DNA of 63,640 bases, filler included, from Licmophora abbreviata (GCA_900291995.1; 31 parts of 31 records of this genome joined end to end with filler, not necessarily neighbours in it); one strand, 5' to 3'. Positions 49,155 to 60,986 are shown, counted from the first letter of the whole stretch. The notes: generated by a model not told the origin, from the letters alone. Numbers and translations are program-made.

Positions 49155-49992
49155 TGACTCTGGCTTTCATTCACAAGGGGAGTGACGACCACAGACCATC
49201 GTAAGATTGAACATGCGACTGTTCGGGGATTGAAGAAGGGACTGTTCGGGGTGTTTGTGGGAGAGAGTGTCGTTGCGAAACGAGAAGGCAAGTTGAGCCG
49301 TGGGTGGGTGGACTTTGGGGATCGTCCATTCGCAGTGGCTGCACCGCAACAAGAATGCTCGACGTTCTGTTTTTGTATGTCCAAGAGGGTCATTCATGAT
49401 GCTCGTACACTATAGATCGGAAGCTATTAGTAGTAGCATGGGAAAATTCTTATAGCTTGGAGACTCGTCATTTCTACGACAGTAGTTCTCTTGCCGTAGA
49501 GATTCTTACCTGGTACTACGTGACACGAAAGAGACATGGGCGCTCGACAGTGGGTCGACATGATGGGACGATNNNNNNNNNNNNNNNNNNNNNNNNNNNN
49601 NNNNNNNNNNNNNNNNTTAATTAATTAANNNNNNNNNNNNNNNNNNNNNNNNNNNNNNNNNNNNNNNNNNNNACGGATGTTTCCCATCGCGACGTCCGTC
49701 CGCCGCCCAACGTTTGCCATCGCCGAAATATTTCAACGATTTTTGACCATGGCACAGTTTACTCTTTCTCTCTGTCGGTTGTCGCTTCACCCCTCGCTAG
49801 CGCGTCTTCTTTAGTTTACAAGAGACACATTGCTCACCAGAGAGCTAGAGACAAGAAAGACTCGTTCTGAAGAAAACCTCTAACTGGTACTCGAAAGAGT
49901 TATATATCCGGGGCCTCTCTATTTTTTTACTCCGAAGTACGCGGCGGCAGCCACTACAGCCACCGGGTCGACCGTTTGCTGCTCGCCTGTAC

Positions 49993-51251
49993 ATGATGGT
50001 GATCGCCTTGGCAGCAGCGACGGCTTGTCAATTACTCGTTGGCACCGGCTTCATAATAGCCTCGCTTTCCGCCGTCGAAATGGAACTTTTCCCCCCCTAC
50101 CAACCTGAGCATGTGGTGCAAGGTCCCCGAATACTGACACAGTCCGATGATGAAGAAGAAGATGGCACTGATGTTGATGCTGTTGATACCTTTAGCTTTT
50201 CGGCTTGTCTGTTGATCAAAGATGACAACCGAATTCTCCCAGAATGGCTTGCATATCATTACACCACTCTTCCGCTCCGGCATCTTGTCGTGGCGGTCGA
50301 TCCCTTTAGTCTCACCGACCCAAGTAAGATCATTCTGGACGAGTGGAGAAACAACGATGACCTGGGTATGAGAATAGACGTGTGGCACGATGAAGACTAC
50401 ATGATCTATGATTCCTCGACCATTCCAAAACCCTTTCCAAAAGATTCAGGAAGTTACAAGATTGCAGCTCATCGAGAACGACAGCCGAGCTTTTACAAGG
50501 CTTGTCTTGATCATCTTCGAAGAGAGAATAGGACTTGGACGGTTCTGATAGATTCAGATGAGTATCTTTTGCTGAACACCTTCAATTTGCCGGGGCTTCG
50601 TGAAGAGCGGTGCGAAAGGAAAGCGGAGGGACAGGCGAAAAAGGCGTGTTTCGATCGGCTGGCGATGCTGTCTGCCTCCTCGAGCAATGCTACTATGATG
50701 ACGGTCGCAGAGTTTATAGAGCGGGACATTCGAAACAACGAAACTCTTTTCAAGAATACCAGCGCTCTTCCCTGCATTTTGGTCCCACGGGTGTTCTTTG
50801 GCGGGCAGGAGACTTCTCGAGAAGAGATTTCCTCGTACGGTACGTTGCGGTTGTATGTGACCTAGGCATGCGTGGTGCAGAGACAAAGCGCACTACTGTT
50901 GTTTGTATCACTGGTCTCTCCCATACTAACGACTCTACCACTTTCTTTGATTCCAACTCTATCAATAAAGTCCCGGCTGGTTTCAATCTTTCCTTGTTTG
51001 ATACGTTGCGCTTTGGCAAGTATCTCAGATACTCTCTGGGAAGTGAGTGGCCCGGCAAGAGCGTCGTCGATGCATCGCGATTCCACGAGAAATCCATTGA
51101 CAACGCGCACCAAGCCATGAGAGATGATCTGTGTGTGGGCGACGTCTTTCCCGACCCTTTCACTTCCGTCTTTCGGGTACAGCACTACTTGGGCAGTCTC
51201 GAAGACTTTCTAACACGACCGGGTGATTCCAGGCGGACGAGCGAGGTACGT
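49993..51251 (+). CDS. GT-A fold glycosyltransferase (GT92/GT2-like diatom family); intron 50840-50970; 3' partial
   Basis: FSACLLIKDDNRILPEWLAYHY, RQ..FYKACL, WTVLIDSDEY (DxD), CILVPRVFFG, FDTLRF, GKSVVD, RVQHYLGS. Confidence 0.8.
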
Positions 51252-51351
51252 NNNNNNNNNNNNNNNNNNNNNNNNNNNNNNNNNNNNNNNNNNNNTTAAT
51301 TAATTAANNNNNNNNNNNNNNNNNNNNNNNNNNNNNNNNNNNNNNNNNNNN

Positions 51352-54214
51352 TCTGTCAGACGTCACGGCTGGTGTAGAGAACATTACAGCATCTTTGTCA
51401 GATGTACTAATGGTTAAGGGAGGGCAGATGCCTGAAGAGCGTGACTGGGCGTGGGAGTATTTCTTTGGTCCAAAGGACTATGATCACAAGCATGCTGCAG
51501 ATCAGTGGCTTTCTCAAGAGCCGTTGGCATACCAGGTTGTGATGCAACTGAAACAGGCCGACGGAGGTAATCTTTCCTTATCGTTGGGTGCGATCAAGAA
51601 AGCGGTCGAGATGGCACTACGTCAGATGAAATCGGATGATATTGCAACGGCAGAGCTGAAAATAAATAGCGACGTGGGAAGTGGATGTACGATTGTCGCA
51701 GTTTGGTCCGGAGGGAGCTTTGTTGTGCTGTGGGACGGCAGGGGTCGGGTAGATATCAACTGGTTTAGCTATGAGGAGCACTTTGACTTACCCGGTTACT
51801 TTCTGGACTTCTTTATGTCTCAGTTTCCTGAGGACGCGATGAAGATTGTCTTCATGGACGAACAGCCCAGGGGAACTGGGCGTGTTGTCAATTTTTTGCG
51901 TGACCTTGAGCCGCTTGTCAATCCGCGCTGGATGGAAGTTGAAGAATATGATGTACTGGCAACGAACAAGACTTCCAGCAATAGAGTCATACAGAATCAG
52001 AATCATCTGGGGAAGCGAGTTGCTCTTCTTCACATCGGTCCCTTTCCGGTATGTCCTATCTCTGTTCTCTCAATGAATGCACCGCTCCGTATCATTTGTC
52101 CAGGCCTCACAACTTAATCTTGTCTGTTTGCGGTAGGCGGGCTCGACCTCGATCCAGGCTGACCTCTGTCGACACGTACGCGACCTGGAGAACTTCAACT
52201 GGACAGTTCCAAACTGCGACTCGTTGTCCCCGTGCGTTCCTGCGTACGATTTTGTCAGTGAGATCGACACCTTTTCTATTGGGTGCTTTGCCGATGCGCT
52301 TGAGAGAGTCCCCGAGGAGAATAGCGTCCTTCTCTCTTCGGAGCTGTTCGTACAATTGATGGAGAAACCTGGTCGGCTCGAATTTCTACGGGGCCTTCTT
52401 AGCGGCTTTCAAGTCAAGATTGTCTACATACATCGGAATAAGGCATCACAGGTTCTCCCGCATTGCGTCCAGGAATCTCAAGGCTCAATCGGGCAAAAAT
52501 TTGAAAGATGTCTCGAAACACTTCGATCGAGCCGCAATCCGGACTTTCACCCGGAAATGCTACAGGCTTATGCAGACGTTTTTGGGGATGAGAATGTGTA
52601 TCTCATGTCACTTGAAAGGCTTCGAGAGTCTGGTATCACGCCATTTCGGGCGTTGATTGAAATCGAATCTTCCCTTCAAGCATTTGTCACGAAGGAGAAG
52701 AGAAATGTCAACCCAAACGTTGATGACGCAGCAGACCAAATGAAAAACTCGTTCGAGAGTTTTTTAGCCTTGAAGTTGCAAGACGAAGGATCTGCGCCGT
52801 TGAGTGACTTCGATTCAGTCTGCATGAATGATCGTCTGGTGGCGTTTGCTGAGTCTGCGTCTCTTCCTAACATTTGTGTGGAAACGGGTGAGAGGTTCAC
52901 CTCCTGGATCCAATCGGACTACGAATGGTGTAAAGACACGAAATACAACTTTCACTACTTCACGTGTGAAGACACGCTCCGAGAAGAAAATCGATCGTGT
53001 GTTGTCAATGTCGGAGCAATGATGGGAGAGGAAGATACCCGTGTTCGTGTTCTGGCGGAGGTTGACAGCATTGTTGAAAACTGTAAGAGGAGCGAAACAA
53101 ACTCTCTAAGCCGAGAGAAGAAAGTCGGGTCCACCCCTGAAGAATTGATTGCTCAGGACTCATATTTTCTTTCCCGGGCTCATGTCATCTATCGATATCC
53201 AAAAGCCCGTTTCGAGAGGCAGAATGCGATTTCCATCGTGGGCGTCTTGAATTACGATGCTAATCGACGACAAATGATCCGAGAAACTTGGGGCCACAAT
53301 CGAACAAATGTGTTCTTCATTGTGGCCGGAAACTGGACCGAAAAGCTGGAGACAGAGTTTTTGTCAACTCAAGATTTGGTCTGGATCGATCGTCCTGAGA
53401 CCTATCGTGGCTTGACGTACAAGACACAAGGTTTTATGACGGCTGTAGTTAAGCACGTCAGTCCGAGCAGTTACAAATATTTGTTCAAGACCGACGACGA
53501 CTCTTATGTGAACTTGGACAAACTGGAGAATCTTCTTGAAGATAGCAGATATCGAGATGCAAACTATATTGGTGGCCTATGCCACTCGAAGTCTAGAGTC
53601 AAGCGGGATCCCACACACAAGAACTACGAGTCAAGAAAGGTGCAACCCGATGACTTCTACAAACCTTATGCAGATGGTGTTGGCTATGCCGTCTCTAACT
53701 GGGCCGCTTCCTGCATGGTGGGTAACATACCTGGAATCAGGTACTTCGCGAATGAGGATGTCGCCACTGGGGACCTAGCTTCAAGTTGCAGAGTTTCGTG
53801 TGTCGCAAGCCTAGACATCCTCGGTGTCGACACGGGATCAAGTGTATCCATTGAAAGGCAGTCCGACAACGTCATCCTTCGGCCCCACTTGCAGTATGAG
53901 AAAGACATGCGAGAGCAACATGCCCGAACCTGTTCGAATATGACATCTTCTGTATCGTGCATCCGCGCCCTTCCCATCCAAGTGGTACCTCATTGTGATC
54001 GCGGCAAAAGAGGCTCAACATGGTGCTACGATGATCTCAGTGACGGCAAGGACCAGCGCTACTACGACCCATACGATTCGTCTGAGTGCGAGACGGAAGA
54101 TTCATTGTCATTCGATGATATGGAGGAGATCGAACCACTGGCATCTCACCACCACGATATAACTTTCTCGAAGGACCCTACGAACGACAATGTATGCTAT
54201 GCGCTGGACGATGA
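51352..54214 (+). CDS. Giant fusion, part 1: AdoMetDC-like tail (module B) - P-loop sulfotransferase-like domain - GT31 galactosyltransferase - start of aminopropyltransferase; intron 52049-52136
   Basis: DEQPRGTGRVVNF, then LHIGPFP|AGSTSIQ, then RRQMIRETWG, LTYKT, YLFKTDDDSYVN, YADGVGY, NEDVATG, then SHHHDITFSKDPTNDNVCYALDD, all in one spliced frame. Confidence 0.85.
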
Positions 54215-54314
54215 NNNNNNNNNNNNNNNNNNNNNNNNNNNNNNNNNNNNNNNNNNNNTTAATTAATTAANNNNNNNNNNNNNNNNNNNNNNNNNNNNNN
54301 NNNNNNNNNNNNNN

Positions 54315-56376
54315 TGTTGAAATGTGTGACAGCTTTCGACCTCAGTACAGCGAAATGATGGTACATTATCCTGCTCGCTACCTTGAGAACGTCAAGCGGG
54401 TCTTGTGGGTCGGCAAAGGTGACTCCATCCTGTTGCAGGAGATTCTCAAGTACCCGTCTATTGAACTGGTCGTGGGGCTAGGCATCGACCAAACACTCAC
54501 TCGGTACACGTTCAAGCACATGGGCGCCCAGCCGCATTTCGACAACGAGAAGGTTGAGTGGTGGTACGGCTATGCATTCGCTACTGTGGCTATGCTTCCT
54601 GCGAACTACTCAGGCACGTTCGATATGGTCCTGGTGGAGGCACCCGAGGCAATCATGTCGCAGCCTGTCGTGAAAGGTGTCGAGATGCTGCAGGCGCTGT
54701 CGGCGCTTCTCAAGCCGAAGGGTATCCTGGTGACGAACGAGCTCGTCATGCACAGGTTCAGTCAAGTATTCCAGTACAGGTATGTTCGATGTGAAGTTTT
54801 GCGTGATGGATGGACTGGTATTTATCTGAGTGTATTTTTAGTGTGTACTGTTTCGAGTGACTTTATACTGACAAGGTTTGTGCCCCCTCTCGCTCGAACG
54901 CAGTCTCCAGGTCAACTACCACAAAGTTCCGATGGTATGTTCACAGCACCTGGTTCTCGGGAGCAACGGAGTAGACTTCCTCAACGATGAGATGCGGGAT
55001 CACAAACTTGACACCCTCTACCTCAAGCCTTTGTCATCTATCGATGACCCCTACGAGCTCGTCCATGACTATCGGCACAATGCGACCGCTCAATGGCCCT
55101 GTCAAGGTCAAGAGCAGGCGCTGGTGGAGCCTACCAAGCAGTCCGTCAGTCGTGGTGTCTTGATGATTGTCGAGGTGGAAGATGCGAGCGGCGATCTGGA
55201 CGACCCCAAGTCAGTTATCACTGCGGTCGAGGCGAGCCTGAAGAGCGAAGGGTTCAGCGTCGTGAGTGGAGTAGAGTCGACGGCCGATAACAGGCCCGCA
55301 GTGACCATCATTCTGCGTGAAGGATACGTCGCAGTGCGGACGTGGCCAGAACACAAGTACGCAGCGATCGACATTCATCTCTGGAGTGCGTTTGACCAGC
55401 ACGGGGCAGCGCGGAAAGCTGTTGTGAAAGCCGTCGGTGGTCGGGTCGACAAATCGACATCGTCGTACCGCATCGTAGCTGGCGGAATGTACGGGACGAC
55501 GACGTGGAAGGACGACGAAAAGAAGCGGGGTCCACAGGCCACCGACGCTTGCGTCGAGACGTCCGCGGTGGTGCCTCTTGCCAAGTCTATGGGGAAAGGT
55601 ACTAGGGAGATAATTGTCCAAGAGGGTGTGGTGCGGCTGGTCGATGAGATCGACTTTGTCGTGGCGGTACTCTGCGGAGCGAAAGGGTCACCCTGTAAAG
55701 ATGTAGACACGCTGAAGAAAGCCAAGGGCGTGGGCCGAGTTGTACCTCTTTGGACTTGTCCTGACCTGGTGGGCAGGAATGGTACTGGCGATACAGTTTC
55801 CACCGAGCGTATGGTGGCATGCGAGCGAGATCTGGCGTCGAGCTTGACCGACTCGATCTGGGTCGGCGATAAGATTCGTGCGCTGGTCGTCGACTCGAGC
55901 GCATCGTACGAGATCGGCCGAGTCGCGTATGAGATGTTAAAAACGAACAAGAATCGCCTGCTGAAGGACAATCTGCTTGTCATGTCTTTGATGCGTGACG
56001 AGGAGGGGGAGTCATGGCGTCGGAACTTGGTGGAGAAATTCCGAACGGAAGTCATTGTGGACGACCCGAACTTCAGGACCGAGGTGGTCTTCAGTAGTAC
56101 AGAGGGCAGCCTGGAGCTGGGCGTGTGCACGTCTGTCGGTGACCATTTCGTTCGTCAACTAACAGAAGTCTCATCGATTGTCCAAGAAAAGACCTCGCTG
56201 GCTTCGGAAGTACGGATGGTTAAGGGCGGGCAGCTGTCCGAAGAGCCTGACTGGATGTGGGAATATTTCTTTGGTCCAAAGGACTATGATCACAAGCATG
56301 CTACAGATCAGTGGCTTTCTCAGGAGCCGTTGGCATACCAGGTTGTAACTCAGCTTAAGTTGGTGAAACGAGCGTC
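54315..56376 (+). CDS. Giant fusion, part 2: degenerate aminopropyltransferase + AdoMetDC-like domain (module C); intron 54780-54903
   Basis: MCDSFRPQYSEMMVHYPARYL..KRVLWVGKGDS; ILREGYVAVRTWPEHKYAAIDIHLW; colinear with module A including intron position. Confidence 0.88.
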
Positions 56377-56476
56377 NNNNNNNNNNNNNNNNNNNNNNNN
56401 NNNNNNNNNNNNNNNNNNNNTTAATTAATTAANNNNNNNNNNNNNNNNNNNNNNNNNNNNNNNNNNNNNNNNNNNN

Positions 56477-58162
56477 CTTTGTATCTCAATTTCCCGAGGA
56501 GGAGTTGAACGTTGTCTTGGTGGACGAACAGCCAAGGGGAACTGGCCGTGTTATCAATTTCTCGCGTGACCTTGACCCAAGCGACACTCCTCATTGGACA
56601 AGCCATGATTATCAAACTCCTGCTGGTACAACGTCCATTTTTGAGTCTGCGAAGAGCCTCACATCATCAGAGGTGACGCGTCAGTTGGAGTACGTTCACA
56701 TTACGAAAGTGGGTGGAACCGCGCTCGAGGATGCTGCACTAGCCCAGGACGGCGTCGTTTGGGGCCGCCAGCATTATCCAGAAAGCGGCTGGGCGCTGCC
56801 ACCCTTGTCGATTCCGCCATCTATTCATGTCGGATACTTGGGTGAACCATGGCACACGCCTCAACATTGGATCACGCCTCACCCGTTGGAGGGCGCAGAC
56901 ACGTTCGCTGTTGTCCGTAACCCGTACGCTCGGTATGTCTCTGAGTATTTCTGCGAGTGGTACCCCTGGAACAGTCCTGAAAATGTGAGAATCGACAAAG
57001 CGGACATTATGAATACGTGGATACAAAAGTTCATCCGTCGCAACCGGGACGTAGAACAGCATGGTCATATGCTTCCTCAGCACTACTATATCTACGATGA
57101 GAAGACGGGGGAGCAGCAAGTGGATCATGTCCTAAAATACGAGGATGATTTGCCCGATAACTTCTCCGTGTTTGTGGCCAAGTATGGCCTCAACATCACT
57201 TTGGAACCCAAGAAGCCCTCCAAGCGAAAGACAGGTATAAAGGATCTATCGGAGGCAACAATTCGACTCATCAATGACTACGCAGCGAAAGACTTTGAAT
57301 TGCTGCAGTATCCCATGGTAAAGTCATCCGTCGAATTCACCGACGCCGATGGCTCCGTCGCTGCGAGTTCGGAGAAAGTTTCAACTGACAAAGAAGAAAA
57401 CCCAACTACGCCACAAGATTTGCTCTTGACTGTCCCTTTCTACATTTACGACGACTTTGGTTTACCCGACGACGTCACCCTCGACGGCAAGCGGTTCGTC
57501 ATGGAGGACATTGATCCAGAGAAGCCGCTTCATTCCGTGTCCCCGCTGCTGAGCAAACACGCGGACGATGTCTTGTTCGCCAGAGCTGCAATGAAACATC
57601 CCATGAGGACGCTCGATCCCAGCAAGGCCGAGCTGTTCTTAATCCCTACGCCCTTTAATATGATCATGGATCGGATGAAATTCGGGGGCAAACTGTGCGT
57701 CAAGAAGATTTGCAATATGGACCTGGTTCGACACGTGGACCAGGTCCTGTCGTCCACAAGTTGGTTTCAAAGGCACGGTGGAAAAGACCATGTTGCGGTG
57801 TTGAGTCACTGGGGTTGGCACGATGACTGGTTTTGGAACAAGTTCATTGGTGATTGGTGGCCTAAACACATTCACCGGTGTAATGCCATTGGCTTTGAGG
57901 ACAAGTTCCGCCATCGCGCCAAGGACCGCATTGTGTTTCCATCCTACTACGTCGGCAGACCATGTCCACCACCGACTAGTAGTGGAGACAATAAGAAGAG
58001 ACCTCACGATTTTGCCATGATCACGACACTGGAACGGAGAGACCAAGATGTAAAATTCCAAGACCGCATGAATATTTGCAAGTGGATCCAGAAGGAGACG
58101 ACACATTCTATGCCTTCGTGTGGGGAAGGAAGTCAGTGCCCGGCGCTCTCCCAAGCCAAGTA
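56477..58162 (+). CDS. Giant fusion, part 3: module C tail - Sulfotransfer_2 domain - exostosin/GT47-like domain; 3' partial
   Basis: DEQPRGTGRVINF; LEYVHITKVGGTALE and FAVVRNPYARYVSEY; PFYIYDD, HPMRTLDPSKAELFLIP, WFQRHGGKDHV in one ORF. Confidence 0.85.
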
Positions 58163-58262
58163 NNNNNNNNNNNNNNNNNNNNNNNNNNNNNNNNNNNNNN
58201 NNNNNNTTAATTAATTAANNNNNNNNNNNNNNNNNNNNNNNNNNNNNNNNNNNNNNNNNNNN

Positions 58263-58833
58263 AAATCGGAACGCTACTGCAAGACGAGCGGAGTCGCATC
58301 GAAAATCGAGTTCACGAAGCCAGCAGTCCTTCTTGTCGAATATTGGGCGGTCTCTCTCGGATGCGCTAGTCGTACCGGACGACGTGGAAATCAGTACGGA
58401 TGGTTCGGATCGGCAATCGTATACGGATGAAGATCGATCCCATTCTCCCGATCCTGATGATTCGAGGACTCGCGATCGTCGGGACGAAGACTCTCGACCG
58501 TCTTCTCCCGGCGGTAGCGAAGCGAACGTTAGCACTACGGAGGTAAGTGCCGTGAAAAATCTTGCTTTTGTCTAGTATCTTCGCTGGGTCTTGTCTAACG
58601 CTGGTTTTGCTCTCTTTCCGTCACTTGCTTCTGTCTCAGTCCATGTCACTGCAGGAGCGGCAGCATGTGCAGCGTGCGCAACAGTTGCGCTTTTTGAAGG
58701 AGCAGGGATTGATCCGGGACGAAAAGGCCATGAATGGTGGCCCGGGCCCTGCATCTCCCAAGAGGAGAACAACCTCCGACTCGGGGTCCATCATTTCGTT
58801 GACTGGAACTTCTACAACGGATGCGAACCGATA
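58263..58833 (+). CDS. Hypothetical Ser/Asp/Arg-rich C-terminal fragment; intron 58543-58639
   Basis: GTAAGT...CTCAG intron joins two ORFs (…VSTTE|SMSLQERQ…LRFLKEQGLI). Confidence 0.55.
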
Positions 58834-59081
58834 GCTACGCGTAGTAATGGTAGTCACAAATAGTTAAAAAGATGGTGCGGCTCCCATCACATGGCGTGTA
58901 TATTCCAAGCCCTTGAGAAACAAAAATTGCTCCCAACAGAGACGACATCAATTTTCTTTTTAATTTCTAGTTATGCTCTCGTCCCTACTCATAGATTCGA
59001 CCACCTGCTGCACCGTTGCCCGCTACCGTACCAGGTACAAACTTCAAACTGTAGTCGTCGTACCTGTTAGTCTGTCGATGA

Positions 59082-59337
59082 CCGAATGTACAATCATGAC
59101 GTATTAGCACCATCGATGACCGATGACCAATATCAGTGCGTCGCACCATCGACAAGCACACCGAATGTACAATTATGCGTAGTCTTTTAGCACCATCGAT
59201 GACCGATGACCAATACCAGTGCGTCGCACCATCGACAAGCACACCGAATGTACAATTATGACGTAGTCTTTTAGCACCATCGATGACCGATGACCAATAT
59301 ACGAGTATACCAGTGCGTCGCACCATCGACAAGCACA
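59082..59337. repeat. Minisatellite, three imperfect units of about 80-95 nt
   Basis: CCGAATGTACAAT...TAGCACCATCGATGACCGATGACCAATA...CAGTGCGTCGCACCATCGACAAGCACA starts at 59082, 59161 and 59244. Confidence 0.92.
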
Positions 59338-59562
59338 ATGACCACCTGGTAGTTGGCATGAAGACTCAATGACACCATCTACTTTCTCTGTACTTAAACG
59401 ACCGACCCATGAGATCCCCTAATCTTCAGGGCCGACACCTTCCCTCTACATGGTATGATTGTCGCGAAAACGATTCTCTAAAATATTTGCTACAGTAGCA
59501 ACAAGACGCTGCGCTACCAAGGCATCGGCACTATCGAACACATGCCCTGCTTACCCGTATGC

Positions 59563-60381
59563 TCAGCTGAGAAGTTTCTTCCGTGCCACCTCTGCTTGCT
59601 TGGTAGTGTGCCGGTTAATGGTCAATTCTCCGTTCGTGTGCATTCGCTCTAATACCAGATGCTCACGAAAGATTGAGTGGCCGGGGCTTTTGGGGTTGAA
59701 CTGAAAGTTTGCATCACCAATGCCCTTGACCCTTGAACAATCCTTTGGCTTTGGCATATTGAAGTGATATGGATAGCACGGGTCTTCCTCCCTTCCGAAG
59801 AGAGTCACAGACTTGCAATTCTCAACAGCCCACATTACAGCCATCATTCCAGAACTGCAATACTGACCCTTACGTAGAGACACGAACTTTGTACAAGCCA
59901 ACCATTTCGACAACGGTAAAAGCGTCCATTTGGAAGATGTCTTGGCGCTCCATTTCTTGTATTGCGCTGACGATTCTTTGGCCGTAGTCTGGTATGTGAT
60001 ACCGGTCAGTTTAGGATTGTTTTGCTTAGCGAACCAGACGCCTGGTGAGGAGTAGTTGCTCTGCTGAAATGCTCCAAAGTGGACAAGCCAATGTGTGGTT
60101 TTGCTCCCCACGTACTCTTCAAAGCCATCCGGAACGGCGCCATTGATTCTGAGAACTTTATCAAACGAGTCGATGAGTGGGCCATCGTGGAACTTGAGTA
60201 AGCTCCCGGAGCTGAAAACGACAGCGCAGGACCCTGGAGGCTTCTTCGCGGGGAGGGTTTTCTTGCTATCGGCGGTGATTGGTACCTTCTTGGAAACGGT
60301 TTTAGGGTCCTTGAAAGGGTTCCATTTCTTGGGATGTTTGTCCTTGCTCTTTCTGAGCGGGTTTCGTATCGGAAGAGTCAA
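59563..60381 (-). CDS. GT29 sialyltransferase-like protein (5' partial)
   Basis: Sialylmotif [11 protein letters not shown]...[13 protein letters not shown]...VGSKTT, motif [22 protein letters not shown], motif III-like YHF, VS-like HSIFREH. Confidence 0.88.
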   Translation of the reverse strand: MTLPIRNPLRKSKDKHPKKWNPFKDPKTVSKKVPITADSKKTLPAKKPPGSCAVVFSSGSLLKFHDGPLIDSFDKVLRINGAVPDGFEEYVGSKTTHWLVHFGAFQQSNYSSPGVWFAKQNNPKLTGITYQTTAKESSAQYKKWSAKTSSKWTLLPLSKWLACTKFVSLRKGQYCSSGMMAVMWAVENCKSVTLFGREEDPCYPYHFNMPKPKDCSRVKGIGDANFQFNPKSPGHSIFREHLVLERMHTNGELTINRHTTKQAEVARKKLLS

Positions 60382-60986
60382 NNNNNNNNNNNNNNNNNNN
60401 NNNNNNNNNNNNNNNNNNNNNNNNNTTAATTAATTAANNNNNNNNNNNNNNNNNNNNNNNNNNNNNNNNNNNNNNNNNNNNCCCCTCTTCACTGGCGTAT
60501 GCCAGAGACAAGAAAAGACAAGCTACGGCGTATCGAAAAGGAGGCATGGTGGCGAATGTGTGTCTCCGCTACTCCGGTATGGTCGTCCCAATCAAAACAC
60601 GAACCCGAAATCAGAAATCACACTAGAAATCACGCAGCAAGATTCAGAAGGATGATTCTCAACGCGCGCGATTACCAACATGTACTCTAAGACGCTAATA
60701 CATGGATTGGTGGACTTAAGTCCCGTACATATATTACATTATAGACGTTGCCAATATTATGTATAAGATTGTTGCCCGGGACTTGACCGGTCTACAAACG
60801 AAGCTCAAACCTCGTTCAAACGTCAATACCGTTTTCAAGTCGTCAAGGGTGTGACCGCTGAAATGGACACCAAACCATTCATTGCCAAATCGGCTTTGCA
60901 ATCCCTGCAATCACTAACTCCCACATTGTCTCACACTATTTTGAAAGCACACAAGAAGACCACGAAATCAGCCAAGACTGCATACC

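Noticed and set aside
50610..51251. Frameshift in the GT92-like gene
   Set aside because: Explained by a GT-AG intron at 50840-50970.
45958..56376. Bacterial contamination or recent HGT of speD/speE
   Set aside because: The modules carry spliceosomal introns at a shared position and eukaryotic secretory/Golgi domains.
59082..59337. CRISPR array
   Set aside because: Units are similar along their whole length with no unique spacers; no cas genes; eukaryotic context.
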